From assembly GCA_025201805.1 (NCBI GenBank), contig MU619300.1, forward strand, positions 1 through 48,131: a DNA stretch of 48,131 nt, given 5' to 3'. Origin of the DNA: Parasitella parasitica NRRL 2501 (lineage: Eukaryota > Fungi > Mucoromycota). Below the pieces are notes generated by a model, which saw only the letters and a program-made list of their open reading frames with translations, was not told where the DNA came from and searched no databases. This document shows, in pieces, positions 24,704 through 37,515 of this stretch (position 1 is its first letter; each line of letters begins with the position of its first letter). Position numbers and translations under genes: made by a program.

Positions 24704-26699
24704 TTTTTGTGTCTTTATTGATGAAAAGAGAAATGAAGAGACGCCATCAGTTTTTTGATTTAAAAAGGTACGGCATTGCTTTTCACACACACATTAGAGT
24801 CATGAGTGTTGCAAAAAAACGTGACAATGATAACATCCAAATAACGTAATTGATTAGAACCGATGCATAATGTTTATAATACTTCATAAAGGTACTATTT
24901 AGATTTGCACATCTTGAAACACGTATCATAACTTTATTTTCTCATGCATTTTCGGATATACGTTTGAATTTGTACCTTGTTAAAACAATCAAATCTACGG
25001 AATTTGGTGTTTTCTCAAAAACAGTTGTCAAATCAACTTTATACATCGTATATAATTCTGGAAGAGCATATTTTTATTATATTAGTTAATTCACCAAGAG
25101 CTCTTTAGGTGAAAATGCCCAGGCTACGGCCAAGCTAGACGATCTGAGATGAATGACAAGAAAAGAAAAAAAAGTCAAGGCAGACGTAGAATGCATCCAT
25201 TATGGTTGCGAGAGTACAATGGAATGGAAAGAACGTGGGGTAATGGTACTCTGTTCAAGGCCCAAATGGAAATACATGTACCATGAGCCATGCGGTTGGA
25301 GGAAAAGACGGTGTGGCTCGTCATTCGCTTGGAACATACCTTCTTTATCTCTTCGGCTGGCGAAATTATTGATGGTGTTTCTTATTCTTAGCAACGAGGA
25401 TCGGGCAAGGGGAGTCTCGAATCCATCAGTGCTTAAAATCATGTTTCTACCGGTGAATTGATTAAATTCCAAATAAAATAATTGTGACCATAGTGTGGGT
25501 AATCAGATTGAACTTTTCTTTTATCAATTGGATATATGGACAAACCAATTGATGATCAAGCTTCAGAATTTAAATTATCTAGAAGATTTGCGATGTCGCT
25601 AGACTTTGTTTTTGGTGATTTTGATATGACTTTGGATGATGGTGAAATAGTTGCAGAACCCACAAAAATGGCGCAACAGCAAAGTGTACAAACATATTCC
25701 AAGTTTTAGTACGTGGAGGTTATACATTTCAAACAAAAAAAAATATCGAGTGATCTGTAACTAGAGATCGTATTTTGGAGACATTTTACATAATTTATAT
25801 GCCCAAGCTGGTACTTCTGTATCAAAATCAAGTGGCATGGAGCGTTTTAGACTTATGAAGTCAAACATGGCACGACTCTGATTCTCTCAAAAACCACACC
25901 AGAGCTCTTATTTAGACAACATGTATTTTACAATTTTTTTTTTTGAACAATAATGTGTATATCTTTATGGATCCACACAAAAAGATGATATAGGAGCTGG
26001 TCATCCATTTTGGCTTTGTTACCAAAAATGCATTCTATAATTTTGTGGATGTTTGAAGGTACTGTATGATAAAAGATGCGTGCATATCTTATCGAGCTGT
26101 CATATGGTATCTTTGGAACATTTCGAATTATAATTCAAACGGTTGTTATACCGTAGAATACAGTGAACCTTGTGAAGAGATGGATTTATGCTGTCCTCTG
26201 GACTTGAATACCAATAAAATATTTGCTCTGTTGATAAGGGGAGTCGGAACAGCTCTTCTTCCAATAAGCACTACAAAATGGACAGCAAAATGTATAGTAA
26301 TTGTTTGAAATTGAACTAATTACGCAGTGATTAACAAAATACACAGATTCATTGAAATACCTTTTCCAAACGAACGCTTTGCATCGATTGCTCAACAAGT
26401 GATGAATGTTGATGAAGAGTTGAAGAGCGATCAAGTAAAGAGAACGATTACATGCAAGGATAATCTACTGCATGTGTAAGTTGGAAAACCAAATGTGCGT
26501 GTACCATAGCTAATCATCTCATGATATGCCCTTAGGCAGTTTGAATGTTATAATACCAAGATGCTTCGTGTAGCAGTTAGTTCATTTTTAGAATACTTGA
26601 CCATGGTGACGCGAACTATAGAAGAAGATTTCAACAATTGACAGCTTTTGTACATACGATGTTCTGATTCTTCTATAATTATATACTGATCCCACTCGC

Positions 26700-26755
26700 C
26701 CACACATACACTTACACATACACATACACTTCCACTTCCACTTCCACTTCCACTT
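26700..26755. repeat. Compound microsatellite (CACATA)n/(CACTTC)n downstream of the Rap1 gene
   Basis: Direct reading of the sequence. Confidence 0.8.
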
Positions 26756-27064
26756 TCATTTTATCGATAAAAAGCACAAAAATTTCTTTGCTTGGTAAAA
26801 CAACAAAAAATCTGGACACTTGCAAAAATGGCACGAGTCATGTTAATTTGGGTCTCTTGAAGTTTATATATATTATAGATAGAGATATGTGTGTATCATG
26901 TTTTAATGTGGCATGTGGTAAAGAAGGGTAAAAACGACAATAGAAAGAGTATAGTAGTATTCGTAGAGTAAAGAATTATGATAATAGTTGATAAAGTAAT
27001 AATAATAAACTGTAGATGGGATATTGATAAGTGGAATAAACATAAGATATCATAAAAGAAAAGA

Positions 27065-27727
27065 TTACAAAATAAGACATTTAATCTTTTTCTTGCTCTT
27101 TTCTTTTAAAGGATTCTGCTTGTTAATCTGTCTAACTACATCGTAAAATACTTCATCGACATTGATTTTGAATCTTGCTGATGTTTCATAAAACGGCTTT
27201 CCTCCCCATTGCTGAGACAGAGCCATGCCCTTCTCTCTAGACACCACCCTTTCATTCTCTAGATCGCATTTGTTACCAACCAGCACCATGGGTACCTGTA
27301 ATTCTGTTTGAGCTGTCTTGCACAAAGAATTATGTCCACGTTCTCCTTACATTTTCAGTGCCTTTGACTCGTAATATTTGCTCCCTAATCTCATGAAGGT
27401 CGGTCAAGGTAATTTGGCTTGTAATAGAGAAGACAAGCACGAATCCCTGACCGTTTTTCATGTAAAGATCTCGCATAGCTGTAAACTGCTCTGTACCTGC
27501 TGTATCTAAAATTTCGAGCATACATTGTTGCCCATCTACTTCGACCTGTTTTCTATAGGAATCCTCGATAGTAGGGTCGTATTTTTCGACAAAAATCGAT
27601 TGAACAAATTGGACAGTCTACCGAAACATTTTAGTTCGGGATGCTTTGGTTACATATATGATTCTCTTACCAATGCGGATTTTCCAACACCCCCAGAACC
27701 TAAGACGACAAGTTTATATTCTCTCAT
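27065..27727 (-). CDS. RSR1: Rap1/Rsr1(Bud1) small GTPase; two introns
   Basis: It reads [19 protein letters not shown]|TVQFVQ...YDPTIEDSY...DTAGTEQF (Thr at Ras position 61, the Rap signature), then NKCD, ETSA and the CAAX box CLIL. Confidence 0.95.
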
Positions 27728-28156
27728 ATTTGAAGATATATAGTCCGAGAAAGAAAGAAAATAAGGAAAAAAATTTAAGAGAGAGTGAGAGAGAGAGAGG
27801 GAAAAAAGGGCCCAGATAGCCTCTACTACTCTATTATTTTTATAGGCGACCTATATTGTTACAAGCACAAAGACGCAGACACACTCAAAGCACCTTTATA
27901 AAAAGGGAGTACATTTGCCTGAAAAAGGAAGGCAGATATTTATTATTCAGACGGAGTCTTGGCCAAGATATGTAGAACGAGAGAGAAAAACTGTGGTATA
28001 TAAGGGCAGCAGTTACATGTCAATTGACAACATTTCACCCTCATTCCGCAGTTTCGGTCTATGGGAGCTACAGAGATTTCTCGACATGAAAAAGTGATCT
28101 ACATTGGCAAAAACTAAAACAAAACGATAGGACTTTTTTTTTTTTTTTTTTTTTTT

Positions 28157-29542
28157 TTAGTATGAGTAACACCAATATTTATTCATTGGAGAGAGAATTT
28201 GATTATCCAACATGAGCATTTTCTTGGAATAAATGTACTTTGGGTCAACAGAGTCTCTGCTATAATAGGTTCGTCTGCCCTGACTCGATAACCTCCATTC
28301 AGACAGCTGCATTGGGTAGCGTTTTGGTGTAAACGGACTGATTTCAATCACCTTAATGCCATTGCTTAATCTACTCAACACACGTGGTAAACAGCTTAAA
28401 TCAATCGTAAGGGGTGTGCGTGCTAGATTTAAATAAAATAGATTTGGCAAACCATCCAAGAACTTCTGTAAAACCTCCAAGCTAATGTTGCGACAGTAAG
28501 CGATGGAGAACCGTCTTAATTGGCTTGGATGATGCTGTTCGATCAGTTTGCTCAATACGTGGTCATCCAAGTTGATATGTCCTCCCATATCTAGCGATTG
28601 CAGTGCTGCATTGGTGGACTTTAGTATATTCATTATACAGTCATGACAGAATCGCGATCCACCAATTCCATTAAAATCCATGTTTAAATTCAGTTCGATC
28701 AATCTGGTGCAGTTGTTTTGGAGAAACAATATCAGTGGCGAACAGCATGACAGTGAATGACATCCTTGCAGGTTCAAGTGGGTGAGTGTTGTTGTATTCT
28801 GAAGATGTACGAATAACTCGCTTGTGATTTGTGTATATGCAAGATCAAGTCTTGTCAACTGATTTCCACTCGAGCGTATCTTATCAAAGAAAGGTATAAA
28901 GAAATGCTCCTGAGATAATGCCATGCACATGTAAAACGATATGTTGGTCAGCTTTTTCGGGACAGACCAATTGCTCAGTTCCAGCAGCTCTTGCTCTTGG
29001 CCTTCGTCTCCATCCTGACCTCCTTCCTCCAGCGCCAACCTTTCCAACTTACTCAATGTCGGTGGATTGAAGAAATCTGCCATCACAGTCGTGAAGCTTC
29101 TGTCGCAGAATCCAGTAAAGTCAACAGTTCGAAGCCTGTTTTGATGGTTGAAAATGGATCGAATAACTTTGGGTGATATAAAAGCATGCATCATTTCTTC
29201 GCCAACAAAAAGATCCTCCAACTGATCGCATCCACTAATCAAATCGGCCAACTCCTCTGCTACAATGATGGACCTTGCTTTTGCTTCCGTCCAACGCGAG
29301 CCCCGTGTTGTATAGCTGGAAAAATCTATCCTTCGAACAAAGCTGGCCAGATATCTGTTCTGTATAGATGCCTTCAGCAAAAGATACTGCCTAGGGTTAT
29401 TGATCATGATGTGTTTGAAAAGCAAGTGAGTAACTGCAGCGTAAAACTGGCTATTAACCTGGCAGAGATTTGCTTTATCTTTTGATGACAAACATTGATT
29501 TGCTGCTATCAGTTCAATCAATTCAAATGATAAACTCTTCAT
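28157..29542 (-). CDS. F-box/leucine-rich-repeat (RNI-like) protein, resembling the fungal YLR352W/Lug1 family
   Basis: An N-terminal F-box-like MKSLSFELIELIA...LCQVNSQFY is followed by VRRIDFS, VDFTGFC, repeated LxxLxL (LTRLDLAYTQIT, LTHLNLQGC, LFYLNLA) and a C-terminal GRRTYY. It is a single exon. Confidence 0.75.
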   Translation of the reverse strand: MKSLSFELIELIAANQCLSSKDKANLCQVNSQFYAAVTHLLFKHIMINNPRQYLLLKASIQNRYLASFVRRIDFSSYTTRGSRWTEAKARSIIVAEELADLISGCDQLEDLFVGEEMMHAFISPKVIRSIFNHQNRLRTVDFTGFCDRSFTTVMADFFNPPTLSKLERLALEEGGQDGDEGQEQELLELSNWSVPKKLTNISFYMCMALSQEHFFIPFFDKIRSSGNQLTRLDLAYTQITSELFVHLQNTTTLTHLNLQGCHSLSCCSPLILFLQNNCTRLIELNLNMDFNGIGGSRFCHDCIMNILKSTNAALQSLDMGGHINLDDHVLSKLIEQHHPSQLRRFSIAYCRNISLEVLQKFLDGLPNLFYLNLARTPLTIDLSCLPRVLSRLSNGIKVIEISPFTPKRYPMQLSEWRLSSQGRRTYYSRDSVDPKYIYSKKMLMLDNQILSPMNKYWCYSY

Positions 29543-30984
29543 TCTGATGTCTTTAAGAAGTAGAAAAAAAAAGAAAAAAAATGAGGAAATTGGATGGTGT
29601 AATCTAGAAATGTTCTTTAAAAAACGGGATGTTGGATCGTTGGAAAAAAAAAAAGGCTTCGAAATGAAAGAAAAGCTTTGTTTGCTATGACACAGAGAGG
29701 TCATGCCAACGGTAACTCAAATTTCTCACGATAAAAAGCATTATTGTCTAATTTGATTGGAGTATTTCATCAAATCTGATGACCTTGTGCGTCCTAAATC
29801 TTTCTTTGTTGAGTTGCTTTTGAAAGCCGTTTGTTGTGTAATCACCGATTCTTCTATTTTCATCATACTATAGCAGCAAGAAAAATTTAGTACACATTTT
29901 AGATATTCTTTTGTATTTATTGAGGCTAAAAAAAGATATTGCATGTCAAGTTTTTTTTTTTTTTTTCAGTAAAAAGCCTCAATATATTTGGTTGAGTAAC
30001 AATCATTTTTTTCTGATTGATCTAATGCAGCATTTATGCAGCAGCTGTCAAAGCTTAATTTTCAACTACCATGTTATTCAGTAACACGGCAAGACCTCAT
30101 ATCAGAGTTTCAAATTAATCCCAGGGTCTTAGGGTAAATCATGGGTAATCATGATTACATTATGTAGTTAGATAGTAAAACCCTAGTGTAAATGAAACGC
30201 GTAAATATAATACGTCGGGAGATCTCTTATATGTAAAGGTAGATTTATTTCATCATACTTTTGACATAAAATATTATTCTGAAACGATCAATTGTTTTAT
30301 TTGAAAGGTATCAATAAAAAGCGACCTGATAAGTGTTTATTTATAAATGTAAAGCGGCTGTGATCAATTGCCTACAAGTTCATGATGATCAACAATGATG
30401 ATTCACATCATATAACTTGAACCTCAGTAGTCTCAGAATAAAACTTTCTTATTATATACCTGTTGGAACAAGCTTTCTACGTTTTGAAATAACAACTTTC
30501 ATGCTTTATCCATATAAAAGCTACATTATGTTGAACCTAATATAGTTACATGTATGGATCATGATAATATTCATTGTTGTACGAGCTTATGCCGTATAAG
30601 ATCTATGTTTCAGATGTATATTCCTTGTTTCTAGATACTCACTACAAGACATATAAGTATATCCGTGGTACTAGCTATAGATACATTATGTACTACAGAC
30701 TTGTAAAATATGTGCGATACTATAGCTGTCCTTTACATGACATGCTTTCGACATGATACATACGCAGATATATGCCCAGAAGATGAATACCAAGTGATAT
30801 ACACTGAGACATTTTTTATTAATATAGACTAAATTGTTATGCCAGTGTAAAGGGCGCAGCGAAATGTTGTGTAAATGGTATGTAAAAAGTAATAAAGACT
30901 TTCTCTGAATAAAACCAGACACAAAACTGAAGACTTTTATTGTCGAAAGATATGATTTATTTATACTAAAATATATCCCAATCA

Positions 30985-32160
30985 ATGTATATCCATATAC
31001 TGTACAACCAGATCAAGTATGAAATGGAAGTCAATTCGATAGTGTTTGTAAGTGGTGCTGCTGGGATAGGTAAATCTTACGTGCTTAGAATGCTTGAGCG
31101 ATACTATCGTTTAAAAGGATACAAGGTATGTCATTTTGCATTGCAAAAATTGATTGCATTTGCCTTAAAACATAATATCGTGGTATGTAGGTCTTCAAGT
31201 GTCGCAGTTTATAGACGAATACTCCATGATTAGGGCTAGCGCAACACTCTCGAAGTCGATGAACGATGCATTAGTGAAAACAACAAATAGGCCAGTAATA
31301 ATGGGTGGCGTAAAAACTATTTTCTTTGGATACATTGCACAGCTCCTGCCAGTTCAAAAGAATGAGTCCTCGATATAGGCTATAAAAATCTACCATTCCG
31401 TAAACCGCTATATAGCGCTTCGGTCTACTTTGTCCTGTCAGGCAAAACGAGAAAGCGTTTATCGATACTTTAAACAAAATGCGTTTAATTTATTTTGATG
31501 AAGATGTTATTCATTTGATCAATCAATAAACAATTTACAAAAAAAACCTACCACTCAACTGTTTGCGTTTATATATAACGAGAGAAAGAGTCAAAAACGC
31601 AAATGAAGAAGACTTCAAAAAGTTTCCTGGCTATGAGATAAAATTCAAGACAAATGATACTTTTGTAGGCACTGCTGGCACTGCAAGAAAAGCCTTGAAA
31701 GAAACTCGCCTTCTAGAAGATTTATGCCTGAACTCGGTATGCCTTTAATGCTCTTACAGAATATATATGTTAGACTGGGATGGGTTAATGGGACAATTGC
31801 ATGCCTTGTCGAAGTAGATGAAGAAAACATTTGTTTGAGAAAGTTTACTGAGAATAATGAAGAGCATGGAGAAGAGTAATTATACTAGTTACAAAGGATT
31901 TCAAGACAAGAACCAGGTTCAAGCTATGTCAGATCGCAATTCTCTGTCATTCCTGCGTTTGCATCCATTTCACAAAGCGCAAAGTGCCGTCATTGACTGT
32001 GTTGGCACCTATCTCGACAACATGCTAACCCATGGCCAGAGTCAAACAAACTTCTGATCTATTTTTTTTGGTGCCTCTTTGCCTTTGGCTATCAAAAGAA
32101 AATTTGGTGTGGATGTTGATGCAATAACCATTTCAAGAAAAAAAGTTTGCAACGATGAAT
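30985..32160 (+). pseudogene. Decayed Pif1-family (SF1B) helicase, probably from a Helitron/Helentron-type or other Pif1-carrying transposon
   Basis: Collinear but broken motifs are visible: VSGAAGIGKS (Walker A), GGVKTIFFG.IAQLLPV (motif III), PVRQNE..FI..LNKMR, GMPLMLLQNI...GWVNGT, QF.VIPAFA..HKAQS and HGQ. There are many stops and frameshifts. Confidence 0.8.
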
Positions 32161-33667
32161 AAAATTTTATAATCTCGTGCGACTTCTCGAAAACTGAAAG
32201 CAACTAAAATGAAATTACCAAACCCAAACAAAGCCTCGTTTTACTATATTCTTGTCTTTGTTATATTTTATTCTGTATTTCATTTATATCTTATTACGAC
32301 GGGGAATGTCACGTTATATTGCTCATTTCATATTCACTCTTAAAAATGCAATTACTATATTAGGCAATTCTCCTACGCAGGATCATACCAATATTGTGCT
32401 CTGATTCAACGCTATGTTTTCCAAGTTTGATCTTGGTTCTTCAGTTGTTTTGACAGGAGTTATGATCAAATGTCTGTCATTCTTTAGTAAAATTAGTTGT
32501 TTTTTGCAGATAACTTTTGTTTTTCATGACATTTAATCACGTATATCGTTTAATTTATATTGCGCATACGTCAAATTAAAACTAGGATAATATATTGGTA
32601 TTATTATTTGTATTTTTTTTCAAAGATAGCTGTTTGCATCATCCTACTTATATTTAAAGTTATAAAGTTTATTAAGAGCATAAAAAATGAGAATTTGTTA
32701 GAGAAGATCAGACACTATGCATATATTGGTTTTGAGGAGCCGCAATTAAGTCAATATCTAGTGCAACCGAAGAGGACATTAAGTGTATAAGACACATCCA
32801 ATATACACATATCCCAATTTCCTTTCCTTTACCAATAATCGATACTTATTTGAATAACCAAAAAATTACCATTCTGACTTTGGTCGCATTTAAACATTTA
32901 CTATTTCTAATATCAATAAACAGCTTGTTTCGAGGAAGCGCAGATTTATACTAATCTTTCAATAATACGTTCCACAAAATCGAGATCAACATCTAATAGT
33001 ATAAATACATTAAAACCTCCCCACCCTAACCAAACTAATTTTCTTAACTTTACATTATATTTTATCAACATCGGCAACAATTATTTGGTATGGAATCATT
33101 ACAATTATATTATTAAGCTATTTAAATTAACAAACAATAAAGTTGATTCTTTTATATAACTAGTCTATTTTACGTCAAAAAGTATTCCCTCAATTAAGTT
33201 GGTTTTTATTTTGAAACACTTGAACCACAGAAAGCCTTGTAAAATAGTCCCTCAAATTAATATACACATTGTTCGAGCAAAAATGAGTTACAAAAGATTC
33301 AGGAATCATGAACAATGATTAATTAATTAATCATACTTTACGGTGTAACAACCGTAGTTGGATAGTAATCAACAAAAGAAACAAAAAGAATAACAAAAAA
33401 GCACGTCAAGTCTAAACATTGGCTATTCCTTCATCCTCTTCATATTGCGTCTTATCTCTAGTTAATACTCCATTGTAATCTGGTCATAGCCACAGTAATA
33501 ACCAGTGGTAAAGGAAATAGCTTTGAAAGACATATTACCACCTTCATCTAAAAAATAAATAACAGTGTCGAAGTTTTTTATTATTTTCACAACTCATTTT
33601 CACAAGAGGATGTTCCCAATTCGACGACATTTTAAATTTCAAAGATTTATTGCCTAAATGCTTCTAG

Positions 33668-34276
33668 TTAGTCTTTTTTATCCTTTTTATGGTGTTTCTT
33701 ATGCTTCTTATGATGCTTCTTATGCTTCTTATGGTGCTTTTTATGCTTCTTATGGTGCTTTTTATGCTTTTTATGATGTTTTTTATGTTTACGATCTTCA
33801 TCTTCGTCTTCATCTTCGTCTTCATCTTCATCTTCATCTTCATCTTCATCTTCATCTTCNNNNNNNNNNNNNNNNNNNNNNNNNNNNNNNNNNNNNNNNN
33901 NNNNNNNNNNNNNNTCTTCATCTTCATCTTCATCTTCATCTTCATCTTCATCCTCTTCATCATTTCTTTTACTTCTAGTCTTACTGTCAAATAATTGATA
34001 TGATTTTACTTGTTTAGCATGAACATCGAGTGGTTTATAATCAGTTGATTTTAACACCCCAGAAGGATCGACACATTCATTATCGCTAAAAATCTGAACA
34101 TTTCGGTTTGTATAGTTTTCTATTATCGAAGGGGGTTTGAGCAGATGATAGCAGCCATTTTCATCAGAAATCGATTGCTCTTTACGGTCAATAAGCAATT
34201 TTCCAAAGAGCGGCTTGGCAGAAACCAGGGAGATTGCAGCTAAAAGTAGTATTGCTGAGAAAGTCTTGCGCACCAT
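33668..34276 (-). CDS. Secreted protein: signal peptide, small 2-Cys domain, KR site, poly-(ED) tract, (HKKHHKK)x5 tail
   Basis: It is a single ORF with signal peptide MVRKTFSAILLLAAISLVSA. A TATA-like element lies ~65 bp upstream. An assembly gap (55 N, 33860-33914) falls inside the ED tract, so the tract length and frame continuity are unverified. Confidence 0.8.
   Translation of the reverse strand: MVRKTFSAILLLAAISLVSAKPLFGKLLIDRKEQSISDENGCYHLLKPPSIIENYTNRNVQIFSDNECVDPSGVLKSTDYKPLDVHAKQVKSYQLFDSKTRSKRNDEEDEDEDEDEDEDEXXXXXXXXXXXXXXXXXXXEDEDEDEDEDEDEDEDEDEDEDRKHKKHHKKHKKHHKKHKKHHKKHKKHHKKHKKHHKKDKKD
33683..33787 (-). repeat. 5 x 21-bp tandem repeat encoding HKKHHKK
   Basis: 105 bp = 5 units. 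Variation between units is synonymous (CAT/CAC, AAA/AAG). Confidence 0.9.
33794..33961 (-). repeat. (GAAGAT)n hexamer repeat encoding poly-(Glu-Asp), spanning an N gap
   Basis: Direct reading of the sequence. Confidence 0.9.
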
Positions 34277-35619
34277 TTTTGATATAATGCGATTTTTTAT
34301 AATATTTTTTTGTTCAACTTTATGTAGTCAAGGAAATACTTTTATATAATTTCTTGAAAATCGTGATTCTGGATTGTAGGTAGTCCCGTGAAATATATGA
34401 ATGAGCAAAAAGTAGTAGTTTTTAATCGAACAAAATGATTCATTGTCAATATACCATTGTTATCATTAGTGAAGTATAATGAGGATCCCATATTGCTACT
34501 GGAGCTTGCTAATAAAAAGTTGGATAGATAATTTATTCATTAGTTTAGCAGAATAAATGAATTAATCATATGTCAATTTGGAGTCTTTGCCGAAGGAGTA
34601 GGGAAAGCAGATCGGCATAATGATCTCCAACTGCGGCTTTGCAAGTTAAGCTTTAGCCCAAATCAATCAAGTAGTTCCGTTGCGCAACCCAAAAATCTCA
34701 GCCATCTTGCACCTGAAATATGCAAGTGTCTAATAACCTCAGCGTTTTAGAATCGAAATATCTTGAGCCCACTACATCCAAATAAGGAAAGATCAACTAC
34801 AAACTAATATCTCTTCTTTTCGAAATACAAACTTAATCATATCGTGTACATGCAGTTACTCGAAGGAAAAACAAAGCAAACCACAGCAAGCAGTTTATGT
34901 GAATGGATGTAGTGGCCCCTGATTTTATGTATCGGTTGCCACATTTCGAGCTGTTTTATAAAAGCGACAGCAACAGCGCATCGTGTTTACATTTGTTGTG
35001 AAAACTTGATTTAAATTTGTACAACACATTCTATAACTACAAGCGTGTGGCTGATATTTAAAACTTGCAAGAAGTGAAGAAATTATATGCTGCATCTACA
35101 GCATTAGCCCTGTAGCATATATCTCGGGAGAGCAAGGCTATTATACAGCCGGGTATGGAGTAGATAACCATACGATTAGGACCAAAAAGCGGGTGAGCCT
35201 TGTACACCGTCTCAATGCGGATGTTTAATGTTAATCGTAACATCACAAAAAAAATGAATGTAAATTGTTGAATGATCACCACTAACGCTGATGTAGTACG
35301 TGAAATATAGCGAATGTTTTACACAGAGTATATACAATATAACGACTTTAATGAAAAGGAGAGAAAATAGAATAGCAAAGACAAGGTCTGCAAACAGCCC
35401 TCGAAAAAAAGAGGATGGTGTTTGTAACTCACATGTATTTTTACATACAAACATATAAGCCCAATGAACGCTTTTGTCATATAGTGGGTGGATATTCTAT
35501 TTGACCACCTACATGGCAACTGCTAATTAAAGACTGAAAAAAAAACCCTTATCTTTTTCCTTTTACTTTCTTTCTTCTTTTTCTTACTCTTCACCTTTTA
35601 ATTTTTTCAGTTTCACAAC

Positions 35620-37515
35620 ATGGCTTCCAAAGAACAATATTCAGCCGATTACATTGAATTATCAATAAACGAAAACAATGACAACGATGAGCCACCAGAT
35701 ATCAATCAAAAAGAAGAGCAAGGCTGTCTTCCAACCACCGCTTTACTACTAACAGAGCAGGATAACAGCAGCGACGAGGATTTTGTCATTTTCGAGAATG
35801 AAAATAATAAAAAAGCTGTTCCACAACATGAAAATTCACTTGCCATCCAGGTAACAGCTACTCCTTTAATGCTCTATATCTACGGCGATTGATCTCCTTA
35901 CAACTCTTTAAGAATATTTCAATTGCTTGAATATGGATTTATGCATGCAAATATTGACTAATCAACCAATCTTGTCAACATTCAGGCACTTCCCTCGCTC
36001 ATTATCTCTGTCATTGGGCTTGTATTTGCTGGCAACCTAATGGATGAATTTCAAGTACGCAAAAGCAATGATTCTCATGCATTATATAGCTCATTGAACA
36101 TTCTGCTGTAGAAATCCGACGTTTTTTTGAATACAACAGAGCTGTTTATTCTTTTGCCTATTCTCCTCAATCTTAAAGGCAATTTAGAGATGAATTTAGC
36201 TGCTCGGCTTTCAACTTCTGTAAGTCATCGGGATCGTATCAGTTGACAGAACACACCATTCATAAGCGCATAGTCAAATTTAGGCGAGCTGGATTACGGG
36301 CCTACAAGACGATCACTCATCGTTGGCAATCTTGCGTTGCTTCAGGTACAGTCGCTAGTTGCGGGCGCGATTGCAGGTGTTTCATCGTTTGCTCTGGGGC
36401 TGATCACAAAACCCGGCAGCAGCACCAGTTATTATGAAATGATGTTTATGACATCCAGTGCTATGGTTTCAGCTTCCTTTTCTGCGGGCATTTTAGGAAT
36501 TTTCATGTGCGCACTAATCCTTATATGCAGAAGGTTTGATGTGGATCCAGACAATATTGCATGTCCTATGGCGTCTTCCACTGGAGATATTGTCACTCTG
36601 GTCCTGCTGGCTTCGTGTGCTACCATACTACAGCATCAAATGGGTTAGTGTAAAAGTGAGCGATGATTATAACTTGATAGGAAATAACGCAGATCTTGAT
36701 TCTGTTTGTAGAAAGCATTCTCAGCACAATCATCTTCCTGATCATGTTGTCAATGTTACCCATCTTTGGTTTTATTGTTTGGAGAAACAAGCATGTACAA
36801 AATTTGCTATTTTCAGGATGGACGCCTATTATTCTGGCTATGGTTATTTCCAGTTTGGCTGGTGTTTTGTTAGAAGCTTATGTGGAACAATACAAAGGCG
36901 TGGCATTACTCACGCCAGTTTTAATCGGGCTATCTGGCAATCTTGGCTCTATATACGCCTCACGTATTAGCACATGTCTGCATGCTGAAGTCAAAGAAAA
37001 GTACAAGGTGGTGGAATACACGTTACTGGCCATGAATATCCCTGTACAAGTAGTCTTCCTACTGATCATCTGGGGATTTGGAATGGGCCATTTGCGGTAC
37101 AATATTTGGTTCTTTCTCTCTTATTTCATTATCTCGATGATTTGCGTAGGTGTCTTCTTGCTAAAGTGCCTGCAATTGACTAAGCCCTATTCATTCATGT
37201 AGACCTGGATTTGTTTGAAAATTGGCAAATTAATGACGCTGGTATTTTGGAAGATGGGGTACGACCCAGATAATTACGTGATCCCTTATCTGTAAGTATG
37301 CTACAATTCAAGGGGGAGAAGAAAGAAAAGCATCGACAGGAGATGCTGATCGTTCAATTCATTATGTATTAATTATGCATCATAGGACTGCATCCATTGA
37401 TGTGATTGGAACTATTCTTTTGGTATCAACCTTCAAAGCATTGACCACCACAGGCGCAAATGATATGGCCTTAGAAGCAGCAACAGCAGCAGTAACTGCA
37501 CCATCAGCAAGATAA
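35620..37515 (+). CDS. SLC41/MgtE-domain divalent cation (Mg2+) transporter, multi-exon
   Basis: Two MgtE repeats are present: [20 protein letters not shown]...[13 protein letters not shown] and [20 protein letters not shown]...[14 protein letters not shown]. Confidence 0.92.

Noticed and set aside
24704-24790. ORF-track 5' extensions from non-ATG or far-upstream starts (also 29543-29704 and 43114-43308)
   Set aside because: They are low-complexity, UTR-like translations. Downstream ATGs have better context and coincide with domain starts.
25000-26650. Scattered 80-100 aa ORFs between LAP3 and RSR1
   Set aside because: There is no coherent frame, splice pattern or family motif. They may be old relics but the call is unsupported.
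33658-33994. Alternative-frame ORFs (poly-MK, poly-LH, poly-FI)
   Set aside because: These are by-products of stop-free tandem repeats. Only the ED/HK frame is linked to a signal peptide, and the repeat variation is synonymous in that frame.
35851-35986. Longer-than-usual SLC41 intron as a snoRNA or micro-exon host
   Set aside because: No C/D or H/ACA box pair is evident, and direct splicing gives a sensible LAIQ|ALPSL junction.
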